NCBI RefSeq assembly: GCF_001644705.1
Contig: NZ_CP015137.1
Location: 2,250,001 to 2,282,000 of the forward strand
From: Dickeya solani IPO 2222
GTDB taxonomy: Bacteria > Pseudomonadota > Gammaproteobacteria > Enterobacterales > Enterobacteriaceae
Direction of reading: 5' to 3'
DNA length: 32,000 nt
Made by a program: the position numbers and the translations under genes. The notes under the pieces are model-generated. The model had not been told where the DNA came from, did not search any database, and worked only from the letters and a program-made list of their open reading frames with translations. Of the stretch, positions 1 to 10,905 are shown in pieces (position 1 is the first letter of the stretch; the number at the start of each line of letters is the position of its first letter).

Positions 1-682
1 TGCCGTTGAAACCGATCTTATGTTTGTGTTCCACCACCATCTGCATGAAGCGCCCAATCTGTTCGCGTTCCTGGCGCAGGTCGGTATTGAGCAGGGTTTC
101 GTAACCTTCGCGACCGCCCCACAGCACATAGTTCTCACCGCCCAGCGTTTTGGTGGCGTTCATGGCGGTGAACACTTGCGTGGCGGCCCAGGCGAATACC
201 TCCGGGTCGGGATTGGTGGCGGCGCCGGCGGCATAACGCGGATTCGTGAAACAGTTGGCGGTGCCCCACAGCAGCTTCACGCCGGTTTCCTGCTGTTTAG
301 CCGCCAGAATCTCGGTCACGGCGGCGAAGTTGTTCAGGTATTCTTGCAACGAACCCCCTTCCGGCGCGACGTCGACATCGTGGAAGCAGTAATAGGGCGC
401 GCCCAGTTTATTAAGGAATTCGAAGGCGATATCGGCTTTGCGTTTCGCCAGCGCCAGCGCGTCGCCGGACTGCTGCCAGGGCCGGGCGAAGGCGCCGGCG
501 CCGAACATGTCGGAACCGTTCCAGCAGAAGGTGTGCCAGTAACAGACGGCAAAACGCAAATGGTCGGCCATGCGCTTGCCGAGGATTACCTCGTCAGGGT
601 TGTAATGGCGGAAGGCAAACGGATTGCGGCTGCCCTGACCTTCAAAGCGAACTTTTTCTATCTGATCAAAATAAGCGTGCAT
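1..682 (-). CDS. xylA: Xylose isomerase XylA, N-terminal ~227 codons; the gene runs off the left edge of the window
   Basis: Reverse-complement translation from the ATG at 682-680 reads [56 protein letters not shown]...[28 protein letters not shown]. This has the enterobacterial XylA pattern. It is absent from the supplied ORF track because it has no stop in the window; ORF 20..790 (+) is its antisense shadow. It is divergent from xylFGH as in E. coli. Confidence 0.93.
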   Translation of the reverse strand, partial: MHAYFDQIEKVRFEGQGSRNPFAFRHYNPDEVILGKRMADHLRFAVCYWHTFCWNGSDMFGAGAFARPWQQSGDALALAKRKADIAFEFLNKLGAPYYCFHDVDVAPEGGSLQEYLNNFAAVTEILAAKQQETGVKLLWGTANCFTNPRYAAGAATNPDPEVFAWAATQVFTAMNATKTLGGENYVLWGGREGYETLLNTDLRQEREQIGRFMQMVVEHKHKIGFNG

Positions 683-798
683 TGTTATCTCCTTGCAAAC
701 CACCGGAATGGCTGTTTTCAGCCTTGTTTCAATATTCCGTTTGCCTGCCGGTTTCCTCAATTACGTTATTTCACACTGAAATTCAGATAATTATTAAA

Positions 799-814
799 TG
801 TGCGCTCGATCGCA
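799..814. promoter_or_regulatory. Candidate CRP site in the divergent xylA/xylF control region
   Basis: AAATGTGCGCTCGATCGCAAAA resembles the CRP consensus TGTGA-N6-TCACA (here TGTGC-N6-TCGCA). It lies centrally in the 366-bp xylA-xylF intergenic region, where E. coli also has a CRP site. By-eye match only. Confidence 0.35.
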
Positions 815-1048
815 AAAAATAACCGGAATAATCTGCAAAACCGCTCGCAACTGGCTGTGTTATGAAATGGGTTAACAAGGTGAAAATATGACCGCTATCA
901 AAAAATAACAATTAAACCAAAAAACGTAAGTCAGAGATAAAAATCAGCAATTGCTGACCCTGACTTTTCTTGTCAACAATTTCATGCAACGTAGCCGTAA
1001 GTGAAGTGACGTTTTTATCCTGCCTTCCTATAACAAAGGTACTCTACG

Positions 1049-2044
1049 ATGAAAATGAAACACGTATTACTGTCAGCCTGTGCCGCGCTTGCCATGCTGA
1101 GTCAGCCGGGGTTTGCCAAAGAGGTTAAAATCGGCATGGCTATCGACGACCTGCGTCTCGAACGCTGGCAGAAGGATCGGGATATTTTTGTGAAGAACGC
1201 CGAAGCAAAAGGGGCGAAGGTGTTTGTGCAGTCCGCCAACGGCAATGAAGAAACGCAAATATCCCAGATAGAAAATATGATTAACCGCGGCGTCGATGTG
1301 CTGGTGATTATCCCTTATAACGGTCAGGTTTTAAGTAACGTGATTGCCGAAGCCAAACGTGAAGGAATAAAAGTACTGGCTTATGACCGTATGATTAATA
1401 ATGCGGATATCGATTTTTACATTTCGTTTGATAATGAAAAAGTCGGAGAGCTTCAGGCACAATATCTGATCAACAAGGTGCCGCAGGGCAGTTATTTTCT
1501 GATGGGTGGCTCACCGGTTGATAATAACGCCAAGCTGTTCCGTCAGGGCCAGATGAAAGTATTAAAACCGTTAATTGATAGCGGCAAGATCAAGGTGGCG
1601 GGCGACCAGTGGGTGGATGCCTGGCTGCCGGAAAATGCGCTGAAAATCATGGAAAACGCGCTGACCGCCAACAACAACAAGATTGATGCGGTAGTGGCGT
1701 CGAACGACGCGACCGCGGGCGGTGCGATTCAGGCGCTCTCCGCCCAGGGGTTGGCCGGCAAGGTGGCGATCTCCGGTCAGGACGCCGATCTGGCGGCCAT
1801 CAAACGGATCGTGGCCGGCACCCAGACCATGACCGTGTACAAACCCATCAGCAAACTGGCGCAGGACGCGGCGAATATCGCGGTGTCGCTGGGGCAGGGG
1901 GAAAAACCGGAGTCCAACGCCACGCTCAATAACGGCAAGAAAGACGTACCCGCCTTCCTGCTGACGCCGATCCCGGTCGACAAGACGAATATCGACAGCA
2001 CCGTCGTCGCCGATGGGTTCCATAAAAAAGCAGATATTTATTAA
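1049..2044 (+). CDS. xylF: D-xylose ABC transporter periplasmic binding protein
   Basis: 331-aa ORF with a signal peptide (MKMKHVLLSACAALAMLSQPGFA/KE) and a periplasmic sugar-binding protein pattern. It is the first gene of an xylFGH-xylR block divergent from xylA. Confidence 0.95.
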   Translation: MKMKHVLLSACAALAMLSQPGFAKEVKIGMAIDDLRLERWQKDRDIFVKNAEAKGAKVFVQSANGNEETQISQIENMINRGVDVLVIIPYNGQVLSNVIAEAKREGIKVLAYDRMINNADIDFYISFDNEKVGELQAQYLINKVPQGSYFLMGGSPVDNNAKLFRQGQMKVLKPLIDSGKIKVAGDQWVDAWLPENALKIMENALTANNNKIDAVVASNDATAGGAIQALSAQGLAGKVAISGQDADLAAIKRIVAGTQTMTVYKPISKLAQDAANIAVSLGQGEKPESNATLNNGKKDVPAFLLTPIPVDKTNIDSTVVADGFHKKADIY

Positions 2045-2104
2045 CCAGTTCGCCCGCCGCCCGGCGCGTCGTCGGGTGAGCGGCAGCGGTCAGGCGGAGG
2101 GGTT

Positions 2105-3646
2105 ATGCCGTGTCTGTTGGAAATGAAAAACATCACCAAGGCCTTCGGGGCGGTGAAAGCGGTGGACAATGTCAGCCTGCAACTTGAGGCGGGGCAGGTG
2201 TTGTCGCTGTGCGGCGAGAACGGTTCAGGTAAGTCGACGCTGATGAAGGTGCTGTGTGCGGTGTATCCGTACGGCAGCTATGAGGGCAGCATCCGCTTCG
2301 CTGGCGATGAGCTGCGGGCCGGGCATATTCGCGACACCGAGCAAAAAGGGATCGCCATCATTCATCAGGAACTGGCGCTGGTCAAAGAAATGACGGTGCT
2401 GGAGAACATCTTTCTCGGCAATGAGCGAACGCGCTTCGGCGTGATGGATTACGACGCCATGTACCTGCGCTGCCAGACCATGCTGGCGCAGGTGCGGCTG
2501 GACATTGACCCGAATACCCGCGTTGGCGAACTGGGGCTGGGTCAACAGCAATTGGTGGAGATCGCCAAAGCATTGAACAAGCAGGTTAGGTTGCTGATTC
2601 TCGATGAACCGACCGCGTCGCTGACCGAACGGGAAACCGGCGTTTTGCTGGATATCGTGCGCGACCTGCGCCACCACGGTATCGCCTGCGTCTACATTTC
2701 CCACAAGCTCAACGAGGTCAAAGCGATTTCCGACGTGATCTGCGTGATCCGCGACGGCAGGCACATTGGCACCTGCCCGGCGGACTCGCTCAGCGAGGAT
2801 CAGATCATCGCCATGATGGTGGGGCGTGAGCTGACGGAGCTGTATCCGAACGAACCGCATGATATCGGCGAAGAGGTGCTGCGGGTGGATCACCTGACCG
2901 CCTGGCACCCGGTGAACCGCCATATTCGCCGGGTCGACGATGTGTCGTTCAGCCTGCGCCGCGGCGAAGTGCTGGGGATCGCCGGGTTGGTCGGCGCCGG
3001 GCGTACCGAGACGGTTCAGTGCCTGTTCGGCGCGTATCCGGGGCGATGGCAGGGCGATATCCGGGTGGAAGGCAAACCGGTCGTTATCCGGCACTGCCGG
3101 CAGGCGATGGCGTTGGGTATCGCCATGGTGCCGGAAGATCGCAAGAAGGACGGCATCATTCCGGTGATGAGCGTAGCGCAGAACATTACGCTGGCGGCGC
3201 TTGACCAGTTCTCCGGCGCGCTGTCGGTCCTGCGGGATGCCGACGAGCAGCACAGCCTGCGTGAATCGATCGCCCACCTGAAAGTGAAAACCGCGTCGCC
3301 GGAACTGGCGATTGCCCGTCTCAGCGGCGGTAACCAGCAAAAGGCCATTCTGGCGAAATGCCTGATGTTGCGCCCGAAAATCCTGATTCTGGATGAACCG
3401 ACCAGGGGGATCGACATCGGCGCAAAGTATGAAATCTACAAATTGATCAATCAGTTGGTGAAGCAACAGATCGCCGTCATCGTTATTTCCTCCGAATTGC
3501 CCGAGGTGCTGGGCCTGAGCGACCGGGTGCTGGTGATGCATCAGGGGCGGCTCAAGGCGGATTTGCCCAACCGCGGCCTGACGCAGGAGCAGGTGATGGA
3601 AGCCGCATTAAGGAGTGAGCATCATGCTGAAAACCTGGCTGTCTGA
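2105..3646 (+). CDS. xylG: D-xylose ABC transporter ATP-binding protein (duplicated ATPase)
   Basis: 513 aa starting [23 protein letters not shown]. Walker [10 protein letters not shown], and two ABC signature regions (LGLGQQQ and LSGGNQQK). Collinear with E. coli XylG throughout. Confidence 0.96.
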   Translation: MPCLLEMKNITKAFGAVKAVDNVSLQLEAGQVLSLCGENGSGKSTLMKVLCAVYPYGSYEGSIRFAGDELRAGHIRDTEQKGIAIIHQELALVKEMTVLENIFLGNERTRFGVMDYDAMYLRCQTMLAQVRLDIDPNTRVGELGLGQQQLVEIAKALNKQVRLLILDEPTASLTERETGVLLDIVRDLRHHGIACVYISHKLNEVKAISDVICVIRDGRHIGTCPADSLSEDQIIAMMVGRELTELYPNEPHDIGEEVLRVDHLTAWHPVNRHIRRVDDVSFSLRRGEVLGIAGLVGAGRTETVQCLFGAYPGRWQGDIRVEGKPVVIRHCRQAMALGIAMVPEDRKKDGIIPVMSVAQNITLAALDQFSGALSVLRDADEQHSLRESIAHLKVKTASPELAIARLSGGNQQKAILAKCLMLRPKILILDEPTRGIDIGAKYEIYKLINQLVKQQIAVIVISSELPEVLGLSDRVLVMHQGRLKADLPNRGLTQEQVMEAALRSEHHAENLAV

Positions 3647-4808
3647 CCGTACGTCCGCACCCGCGGCGTCTCCCGGCGAAGCGCCTCGCCGCCGTTCTTT
3701 CAATCTGCAGGTGCTGGTGATGATCGCGGCGATTGTCGCAATCATGCTGTTTTTCACCGCCATGACCGATGGTGCGTACCTCAGTGCGCGCAACATTTCC
3801 AACCTGCTGCGCCAGACCGCCATCACCGGCATTCTGGCGGTGGGCATGGTGTTTGTGATTATCTCCGCCGAGATCGACCTGTCGGTCGGTTCCATGATGG
3901 GGCTGCTGGGCGGCGTGGCGGCGATTCTGGATGTCTGGTTCGGCTGGCCGTTGCCCCTGACGGTGGCGGTGACCCTGCTATTGGGGCTGTTGCTCGGCGC
4001 CTGGAACGGCTGGTGGGTGGCGTACCGGCGCGTGCCGTCGTTCATTGTGACGCTGGCGGGCATGCTGGCGTTTCGCGGCGTGCTGATCGGTATCACCAAC
4101 GGGACGACGGTATCGCCCACCAGCCCGGCCATGTCGCAGATTGGCCAGAGTTATCTGCCGGAAGGTGTGGGATTTTTGTTCGGCGTTATTGGGCTGATGC
4201 TGTTTGTGGTGTGGCGCTGGCGTCAGCGGTTGCGTCGCCAGCGTCTGGGATTGCCGGTGGCCGCCGCTTCCGGCGATGTCGCCCGTCAGTCGCTGATGGC
4301 GGTGCTGGTGCTGGGCGCCATCTATCTGCTCAATGATTATCGCGGTGTGCCAACGCCGGTGCTGCTGCTGACGCTCATTATGCTGGGCGGCATGTTCATG
4401 GCGGCGCGCACTGCTTTCGGGCGGCGTATTTACGCTGTGGGCGGCAATATCGACGCGGCCCGTCTGTCGGGGGTGAATGTCGAGCGCACCAAGCTGGCGG
4501 TGTTCGCCATCAACGGCCTGATGGTGGCGGTCGCCGGTCTGGTGCTCAGCTCCCGGCTGGGCGCCGGGTCGCCGTCTGCCGGGAATATCGCGGAACTGGA
4601 CGCCATCGCGGCTTGCGTCATCGGCGGCACCAGTCTGGCGGGCGGGGTGGGTAGCGTGGCGGGCGCGGTGATGGGGGCGTTTATCATGGCATCGCTGGAT
4701 AACGGCATGAGCATGCTCGATGTGCCCACCTTCTGGCAGTACATCGTCAAGGGCGGCATTCTGCTGCTGGCGGTGTGGATGGATACCGCCACCAAGCATA
4801 AGGCTTGA
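3624..4808 (+). CDS. xylH: D-xylose ABC transporter permease
   Basis: Polytopic membrane protein; [19 protein letters not shown]...[40 protein letters not shown] matches the XylH pattern. The track start at 3615 is a GTG that abuts the AAGGAG (3610-3615). ATG 3624 has proper spacing and is preferred. It overlaps the xylG stop, which suggests translational coupling. Confidence 0.93.
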   Translation: MLKTWLSDRTSAPAASPGEAPRRRSFNLQVLVMIAAIVAIMLFFTAMTDGAYLSARNISNLLRQTAITGILAVGMVFVIISAEIDLSVGSMMGLLGGVAAILDVWFGWPLPLTVAVTLLLGLLLGAWNGWWVAYRRVPSFIVTLAGMLAFRGVLIGITNGTTVSPTSPAMSQIGQSYLPEGVGFLFGVIGLMLFVVWRWRQRLRRQRLGLPVAAASGDVARQSLMAVLVLGAIYLLNDYRGVPTPVLLLTLIMLGGMFMAARTAFGRRIYAVGGNIDAARLSGVNVERTKLAVFAINGLMVAVAGLVLSSRLGAGSPSAGNIAELDAIAACVIGGTSLAGGVGSVAGAVMGAFIMASLDNGMSMLDVPTFWQYIVKGGILLLAVWMDTATKHKA

Positions 4809-5000
4809 TTTCGGGGGCTGATTACGGTGGCCGCCATCTGTTCCCGGTTAAATCAGCGAGACAGTTCGCAAAGTAAGGAAATTATTTTTGGGCTACCGGT
4901 CGGCCGTGCTATTTAGGCGGAAGGCTGGTTTCCGCGCCGGATTTCGCCCGGAGAAGGGATGACGCCCCACCATCGTACTGTCCGAAGAGAACGTATCGCC

Positions 5001-6206
5001 ATGTTTGAGAAACGCTACCGTATTACGTTGCTGTTCAATGCCAACAAAGTATACGACCGGCAGGTGGTTGAAGGCGTAGGTGAGTACCTACAGGCGTCTC
5101 AGTGCGACTGGGATATCTTCATCGAGGAGGATTTCCGCTGCCGCATCGACAATATCCGCGACTGGCTGGGGGATGGCGTAATCGCGGATTTCGACGATCC
5201 GGCGATTATTGCGTTGCTGTCCGGGGTGCGAGTGCCGCTGGTGGGCGTGGGCGGTTCTTACCACAACCTACCGGATTATCCGCCGGTGCATTATATCGCC
5301 ACCGACAATCACGCGCTGGTAGAGAGCGCGTTTTTGCATCTGAAGAATAAAGGGTTGAACCGGTTCGCGTTTTACGGCCTGCCGGCATCGGTGGGAAAAG
5401 GGTGGGCGCAGGAGCGGGAGCACGCCTTTCGGCAACTGGTGGCGGCGGAGCAGTATCAGGGCGTGGTGTATCAGGGCATGGAGACATCGCCGGGCAATTG
5501 GCAGTATGCCCAGAACCGGCTGGCGGACTGGATCCAGACCCTGCCGCCGCAAACCGGTATCATCGCGGTGACGGATGCCCGCGCCCGCCATCTTTTGCAG
5601 GTGTGTGAGCACCTGAACATCGCGGTGCCGGAAAAGCTATGCGTGATCGGTATCGACAACGAAGAACTGACCCGTTACCTGTCGCGCGTCGCCCTATCTT
5701 CGGTGGCGCAGGGGTCGCGGCAGATGGGGTATCGGGCTGCCAAGCTGTTGCACCAGCTGTTGCTGACGCCATATGCGCTGCCGTTGCAGCGCATTCTGGT
5801 GCCGCCGTTGCGGGTGGTGGAGCGCAGTTCGACCGATTACCGTTCGGTGCATGACCCGGCGGTGATTCAGGCGATGCATTTCATCCGTCATCATGCCTGT
5901 AAAGGCATCAAGGTGGAGCAGGTGCTGGATGCGGTCGGGCTGTCGCGTTCCAACCTTGAAAAGCGCTTCAAGGATGAAACCGGGCAGACTATTCACGGCA
6001 TGATCCACACCGAAAAACTAGAGCGGGCGAGAAATCTGCTGGTGTCTACCTCGCTGTCGATCAACGAGATTTCATCCATGTGCGGTTATCCCTCATTGCC
6101 GTATTTCTATTCCGTGTTTCGAAAAGATTACGACCTGACGCCGCGTGAATACCGCGAGCGCTATGGCGAAGGCGGCTACGGCGACAGTCGGTATGACCAT
6201 GAATGA
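5001..6206 (+). CDS. xylR: Xylose operon regulator, AraC/XylS family with periplasmic-binding-protein-like sensor domain
   Basis: From ATG 5001 the protein reads MFEKRYRITLLFNANKVYDRQVVEGVGEYLQASQCDWDIFIEEDF, collinear with the E. coli XylR N-terminus. It has a C-terminal AraC HTH (SINEISSMCGYPSLPYFYSVFRKDYDLTPREYR). The track start at 4959 adds 14 residues with no XylR counterpart. Confidence 0.92.
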   Translation: MFEKRYRITLLFNANKVYDRQVVEGVGEYLQASQCDWDIFIEEDFRCRIDNIRDWLGDGVIADFDDPAIIALLSGVRVPLVGVGGSYHNLPDYPPVHYIATDNHALVESAFLHLKNKGLNRFAFYGLPASVGKGWAQEREHAFRQLVAAEQYQGVVYQGMETSPGNWQYAQNRLADWIQTLPPQTGIIAVTDARARHLLQVCEHLNIAVPEKLCVIGIDNEELTRYLSRVALSSVAQGSRQMGYRAAKLLHQLLLTPYALPLQRILVPPLRVVERSSTDYRSVHDPAVIQAMHFIRHHACKGIKVEQVLDAVGLSRSNLEKRFKDETGQTIHGMIHTEKLERARNLLVSTSLSINEISSMCGYPSLPYFYSVFRKDYDLTPREYRERYGEGGYGDSRYDHE

Positions 6207-6212
6207 TCAGGC

Positions 6213-6235
6213 TGGGCGCCGTCACAGGGCGCCCA
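6213..6235. terminator. GC-rich hairpin between convergent xylR and the DJ-1 gene (possible bidirectional terminator)
   Basis: TGGGCGCC (6213-6220), a 7-nt loop, then GGCGCCCA (6228-6235): a perfect 8-bp stem. There is no clear U-tract on either side. Confidence 0.45.
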
Positions 6236-6236
6236 T

Positions 6237-6812
6237 TCAGGCTGGCACGCGCCAGTAGTCGTAATAGATATGCTCGACCTGGAAGTTCACATCATCGCGA
6301 TCTTCGCTCAGGCGACTGGCAAGCGTGAAGGCGAAATCAAACGTGACGCCAAGCCCTTTGCCGCTGATCAGGTTGCCGTCTTCCACCACTTTCTGGTCGA
6401 CATACACGCCGTCGGTCACGTCTTTCCACAGATCGCCGGAGCAAACGTAGCGGCGTCCTTTCAGCAACTGGTTGCCGCCCAGTACTCTGGCGGCCGCCGA
6501 GCACAGCGGGCAAATCAGCTTGCCGGCGTCGTCATGGCGGCGAATAAACTCCGTCACCATCGGATTGGCGGCCAGGTTCACCGTGCCCTGCGGCCCGCCC
6601 GGAATCACCACGGCATCAAACAGCCGGTCCATATTTCTTTCCAACAGGGCATCCGCGAACATGCGGATATTGTGGTAACTGCGCAGCTCCAGCCGGTCGA
6701 GACAGGAAAGCAAGGTGACGTCCAGTTTCGTGCGATGCAGCACATCGATCACCATAATCGCTTCCGCTTCTTCGAATCCGGGAGCCAAAAGAATGGCGAC
6801 GTTCTTGGCCAT
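6237..6812 (-). CDS. DJ-1/PfpI (ThiJ/YajL-like) family protein
   Basis: From ATG 6812 (GGAG upstream): MAKNVAILLAPGFEEAEAIMVIDVLHR...VVIPGGPQG...KLICPLCSAAARVL. This is the class-I glutamine-amidotransferase-like fold with the nucleophile-elbow Cys typical of DJ-1 proteins. The track start at 6866 adds 18 residues. Confidence 0.8.
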   Translation of the reverse strand: MAKNVAILLAPGFEEAEAIMVIDVLHRTKLDVTLLSCLDRLELRSYHNIRMFADALLERNMDRLFDAVVIPGGPQGTVNLAANPMVTEFIRRHDDAGKLICPLCSAAARVLGGNQLLKGRRYVCSGDLWKDVTDGVYVDQKVVEDGNLISGKGLGVTFDFAFTLASRLSEDRDDVNFQVEHIYYDYWRVPA

Positions 6813-6980
6813 GGTATCTCCAGCAATCATCAAAGGGAGGAACATCTGTGCCGCCGAGGATAGCAAAGAAACCTATTTCAAATGAAACATCGTTTCAATA
6901 TTGAGTGGTAGGTCGCGTAATCGATGTTTGCTCGTCCGCGCTGGCGATAGACAGCGTTATACTCCCTCCCTTCATGCACG

Positions 6981-7259
6981 CTACTTCATATAGGAGCGAA
7001 TCACCGTCACGATCGCTTCCAGGTCGGTGGCGCGCTCCGTCGGGTCTGCTTCTTCATTCATCAGATGGTCACGAATGTGCCCTTCCAGCACCTCTCCCAT
7101 CAACCCGTTCACTGCTCCCCGAATGGCGGCGATCTGTTGCAGGATTTCCAGGCATGAGCGTCCCCCGCCGTCCAACGCTTTTTCCAGCGCTTCCGTCTGA
7201 CCTTTGATGCGTCTGACGCGCGTCAGCAGTTTCTTTTTTTCGTTAATGGTATGCGGCAT
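6981..7259 (-). CDS. rcnR: RcnR/FrmR-family metal-responsive repressor
   Basis: 92 aa: MPHTINEKKKLLTRVRRIKGQTEALEKALDGGGRSCLEILQQIAAIRGAVNGLMGEVLEGHIRDHL. It carries the RcnR pattern (N-terminal His3, LQQIAAIRGAVNGLM) and is divergent from rcnA. Confidence 0.88.
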   Translation of the reverse strand: MPHTINEKKKLLTRVRRIKGQTEALEKALDGGGRSCLEILQQIAAIRGAVNGLMGEVLEGHIRDHLMNEEADPTERATDLEAIVTVIRSYMK

Positions 7260-7282
7260 GGCGACTCCCGTCTTGTCTGACT

Positions 7283-7303
7283 ATATACTGGGGTATAGTA
7301 TAT
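7283..7303. promoter_or_regulatory. Candidate RcnR operator in the rcnR-rcnA intergenic region
   Basis: ATATACT-GGGGTAT-AGTATAT is a 7-bp inverted repeat with a G-rich 7-nt spacer. It corresponds to the E. coli RcnR site type TACT-G6-N-AGTA (here TACT-GGGGTAT-AGTA). Confidence 0.6.
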
Positions 7304-7357
7304 TTTCATTGTTTCACTTCCAGGCCGCCCTCCGACTGCCTGATTCGGACGCTAACT

Positions 7358-8275
7358 ATGACGGATTTTTCCTTACTTTTGCAGCAGGGCGTGGCTAACG
7401 CCTGGTTGTTTATTCCCAGTGCGGTGTTGTTGGGCGCGTTGCACGGTCTGGAGCCGGGGCATTCCAAGACCATGATGGCGGCGTTTATCGTGGCGATTCG
7501 CGGAACAGTGAAGCAGGCGGTGATGCTGGGAGTGGCCGCCACGTTGTCCCATACCGCCGTGGTCTGGCTGATTGCGCTGGGCGGCATGTACCTGAGCCAG
7601 CAATTTACCGCTGAATCCGTCGAACCCTGGTTGCAGTTGATTTCCGGCATCATCATTCTGGCGACCGCCGTCTGGATGTTCTGGCGTACCTGGCGCGACG
7701 AGCGGGCATGGGAGCAGCATCAGCATAGCCATGACCACCATCATGATCACCACCATCATGATCATCACCACCACGAGCATCATCACGACGATCACCACGA
7801 CGACCATGGTGAACATGCTCATCATCACCATGACCTTAACCACGCCCACCATCATGCCGACCATCCGCATGGCCGCACGCAAGTTCATGCTGAGTATCAG
7901 GACGCGCATGAGCGGGCGCACGCTAATGAGATACGCCTTCGCTTCGCCAACCGGGAAGCCACCAACGGGCAGATTCTGCTGTTTGGTTTGACCGGCGGGC
8001 TGATTCCCTGCCCGGCGGCCATCACGGTGCTGCTGTTGTGTATTCAGGTGAAGGCTTTTACGCTGGGGGCGGCGCTGGTGGTGTGTTTCAGTATCGGGCT
8101 GGCGTTGACGCTGGTGGCTGTCGGGGTCGGTGCGGCGCTCAGCGTGCAGCACGCCAGCCGCCGCTGGCCGGGATTCGCCACGCTGGTGCGCCGTGCGCCC
8201 TATTTCTCCAGCCTGCTGATCGCGGTGGTAGGCGTGTATATGCTGCTTCATGGCTGGGCGCGTTTGCCGCTATAG
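7358..8275 (+). CDS. rcnA: Nickel/cobalt efflux protein RcnA with a very long His-rich loop
   Basis: 305 aa: MTDFSLLLQQG...LLGALHGLEPGHSKTMMAAFI...LFGLTGGLIPCPAAITVLL, the RcnA/NicO family signature. It has a central His/Asp-rich segment and is divergent from rcnR. Confidence 0.92.
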   Translation: MTDFSLLLQQGVANAWLFIPSAVLLGALHGLEPGHSKTMMAAFIVAIRGTVKQAVMLGVAATLSHTAVVWLIALGGMYLSQQFTAESVEPWLQLISGIIILATAVWMFWRTWRDERAWEQHQHSHDHHHDHHHHDHHHHEHHHDDHHDDHGEHAHHHHDLNHAHHHADHPHGRTQVHAEYQDAHERAHANEIRLRFANREATNGQILLFGLTGGLIPCPAAITVLLLCIQVKAFTLGAALVVCFSIGLALTLVAVGVGAALSVQHASRRWPGFATLVRRAPYFSSLLIAVVGVYMLLHGWARLPL

Positions 8276-8414
8276 CCTCGTCGTTCCAGAATGCAGCCGT
8301 GCCGGCAGTGTGAGAAACGGCGGTTTTTTGGCCTTGCCTTCGGGCCGGACGCTGCCGTAGCGAATTTTTTTCCTGAAAATCCGCCTCTTCTCTTCCGGTC
8401 CGCCGGAAAAGATG

Positions 8415-8453
8415 TTTAAATTATCAATCATAAATTTTGCATAAATATGCATT
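8415..8453. promoter_or_regulatory. Candidate tandem ARG boxes (ArgR operator) upstream of argG
   Basis: Two 18-mers 21 bp apart: TTTAAATTATCAATCATA and TTTGCATAAATATGCATT. The second contains the 14-bp palindrome TGCATAAATATGCA. They were compared by eye with the ARG box consensus TNTGAATWWWWATTCANW. They lie about 135 bp upstream of the argG ATG. Confidence 0.5.
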
Positions 8454-8558
8454 GATGCGCGGTCGTTCATCACAGTCGATTCTGATGGCGCCGTGTCGTG
8501 CGCGTCTCAATGCATGACCAGACATTGCGTAACCCGGCGGCAGGGCTGCTAAGCTTAA

Positions 8559-9938
<1,380 letters not shown>

Positions 9939-9976
9939 TCGCGGCCTGAATGTAACGATTGATCTTATGTAACGAC

Positions 9977-10006
9977 AAAAGGGCATTCATCTGGATGCCC
10001 TTTTTT
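9977..10006. terminator. Bidirectional Rho-independent terminator between convergent argG and pecS
   Basis: AAAAGGGCAT-tcatctgg-ATGCCCTTTTTT: a GGGCAT/ATGCCC stem flanked by an A-run and a T-run, so it can serve both strands. Confidence 0.75.
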
Positions 10007-10051
10007 AGTGCCCGCCGTCTTTTGCCGGCAGACCGCGATGTCACCCGATCA

Positions 10052-10552
10052 TTAGCGGTTGTTCACCAGGTGTTTTTCAACACGCCCCAGCAGGGCGCGC
10101 AACTGAGTTTTTTCTTCTTCACTGAACGGCGAGAGAATATCGCGTTCATTCTCCACATGTTCTTCCACCACCCGATTGATCAGGGTAAACCCCTCGTCGG
10201 TCAGTTGGATGTTGACTGAACGGCGGTCGCCTTCAATCGGCATCCGGCGCAGCCAGCCGGCCTGCTCCAGCCTGTCCAGCCGGCTGGTTAGGGTGCTGTT
10301 GTTGATCATCAGCGCGTTGACGATCTGAGACGGGCTGATGGCATAAGGTGCGCCTCGCCTGCGCAGGGTCGCCAGAATGTCGAACTCGCGGGCGCTCAGT
10401 TTGTATTTGTTGAATACCTTGTCCAGGGCGCGGTCAATCAGCAGACTGACACGGGACAAGGTGCCAATCACCAGCATGGGTTCGACATCGAGGTCGGGGC
10501 GCTCATTACGCCATTGTTGAACAATATCTGATACTTCCAGGTAGCGTGCCAT
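10052..10552 (-). CDS. pecS: MarR-family global virulence/indigoidine regulator PecS
   Basis: 166 aa: MARYLEVSDIVQQWRNERPDLDVEPMLVIG...SAREFDILATLRRRGAPYAISPSQIVNALMINNSTLTSRLDRLEQAGWLRR, a MarR winged helix. The divergent pecM partner and the downstream indABC match the Dickeya pecS-pecM-ind locus. Confidence 0.9.
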   Translation of the reverse strand: MARYLEVSDIVQQWRNERPDLDVEPMLVIGTLSRVSLLIDRALDKVFNKYKLSAREFDILATLRRRGAPYAISPSQIVNALMINNSTLTSRLDRLEQAGWLRRMPIEGDRRSVNIQLTDEGFTLINRVVEEHVENERDILSPFSEEEKTQLRALLGRVEKHLVNNR

Positions 10553-10694
10553 TAACTAGATATCCTTGATTAATATAAAAAACCATTCCTTTTTATTAAA
10601 GCGTAGGTCAATACCATTACGCGATCAACCCTACTGTAATATTCCGGAAAGAAATATTCAATGTCAGATGTTATTGACATACTAATTACGTGTG

Positions 10695-10720
10695 CGTATA
10701 TTACGAAATCGTAATATACG
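10695..10720. promoter_or_regulatory. Perfect 26-bp palindrome; candidate PecS operator in the pecS-pecM intergenic region
   Basis: CGTATATTACGA-AA-TCGTAATATACG has perfect 12-bp arms. Each arm contains the core CGTATATTACGA of the published PecS consensus (CGANWTCGTATATTACGANNNCG, recalled from Rouanet et al. 2004). Confidence 0.65.
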
Positions 10721-10905
10721 GTGTTGTTCATCGGTGTCACAGGATGTGATACGTCAAGATACGGGAAGATCAAAAGTAAGTCAGGAGAACTGCACATGGA
10801 TGTGCGCCTTCTGTATGGCCAGGGAGGCTGTACGTCTCAGGCTGAGTGGGGGTCGGCAAATTGACCTCTGCTTTTTGACAGGAACAGTTTGAGGAAGGTT
10901 CATTC

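Noticed and set aside
20-790. 256-aa ORF on the + strand at the left edge
   Set aside because: It is the antisense shadow of xylA. The minus-strand translation is an unmistakable xylose isomerase, while the + strand product is low-complexity (G/A/R/V-rich) with no recognisable motif.
6905-7207. 100-aa + strand ORF overlapping rcnR
   Set aside because: It is antisense to a well-supported RcnR-family gene and has no motif.
10570-10892. ORFs 10570..10797 (-) and 10692..10892 (+) between pecS and pecM
   Set aside because: They fall in the AT-rich regulatory intergenic region that contains the PecS palindrome. They overlap each other, lack an RBS and have odd composition.
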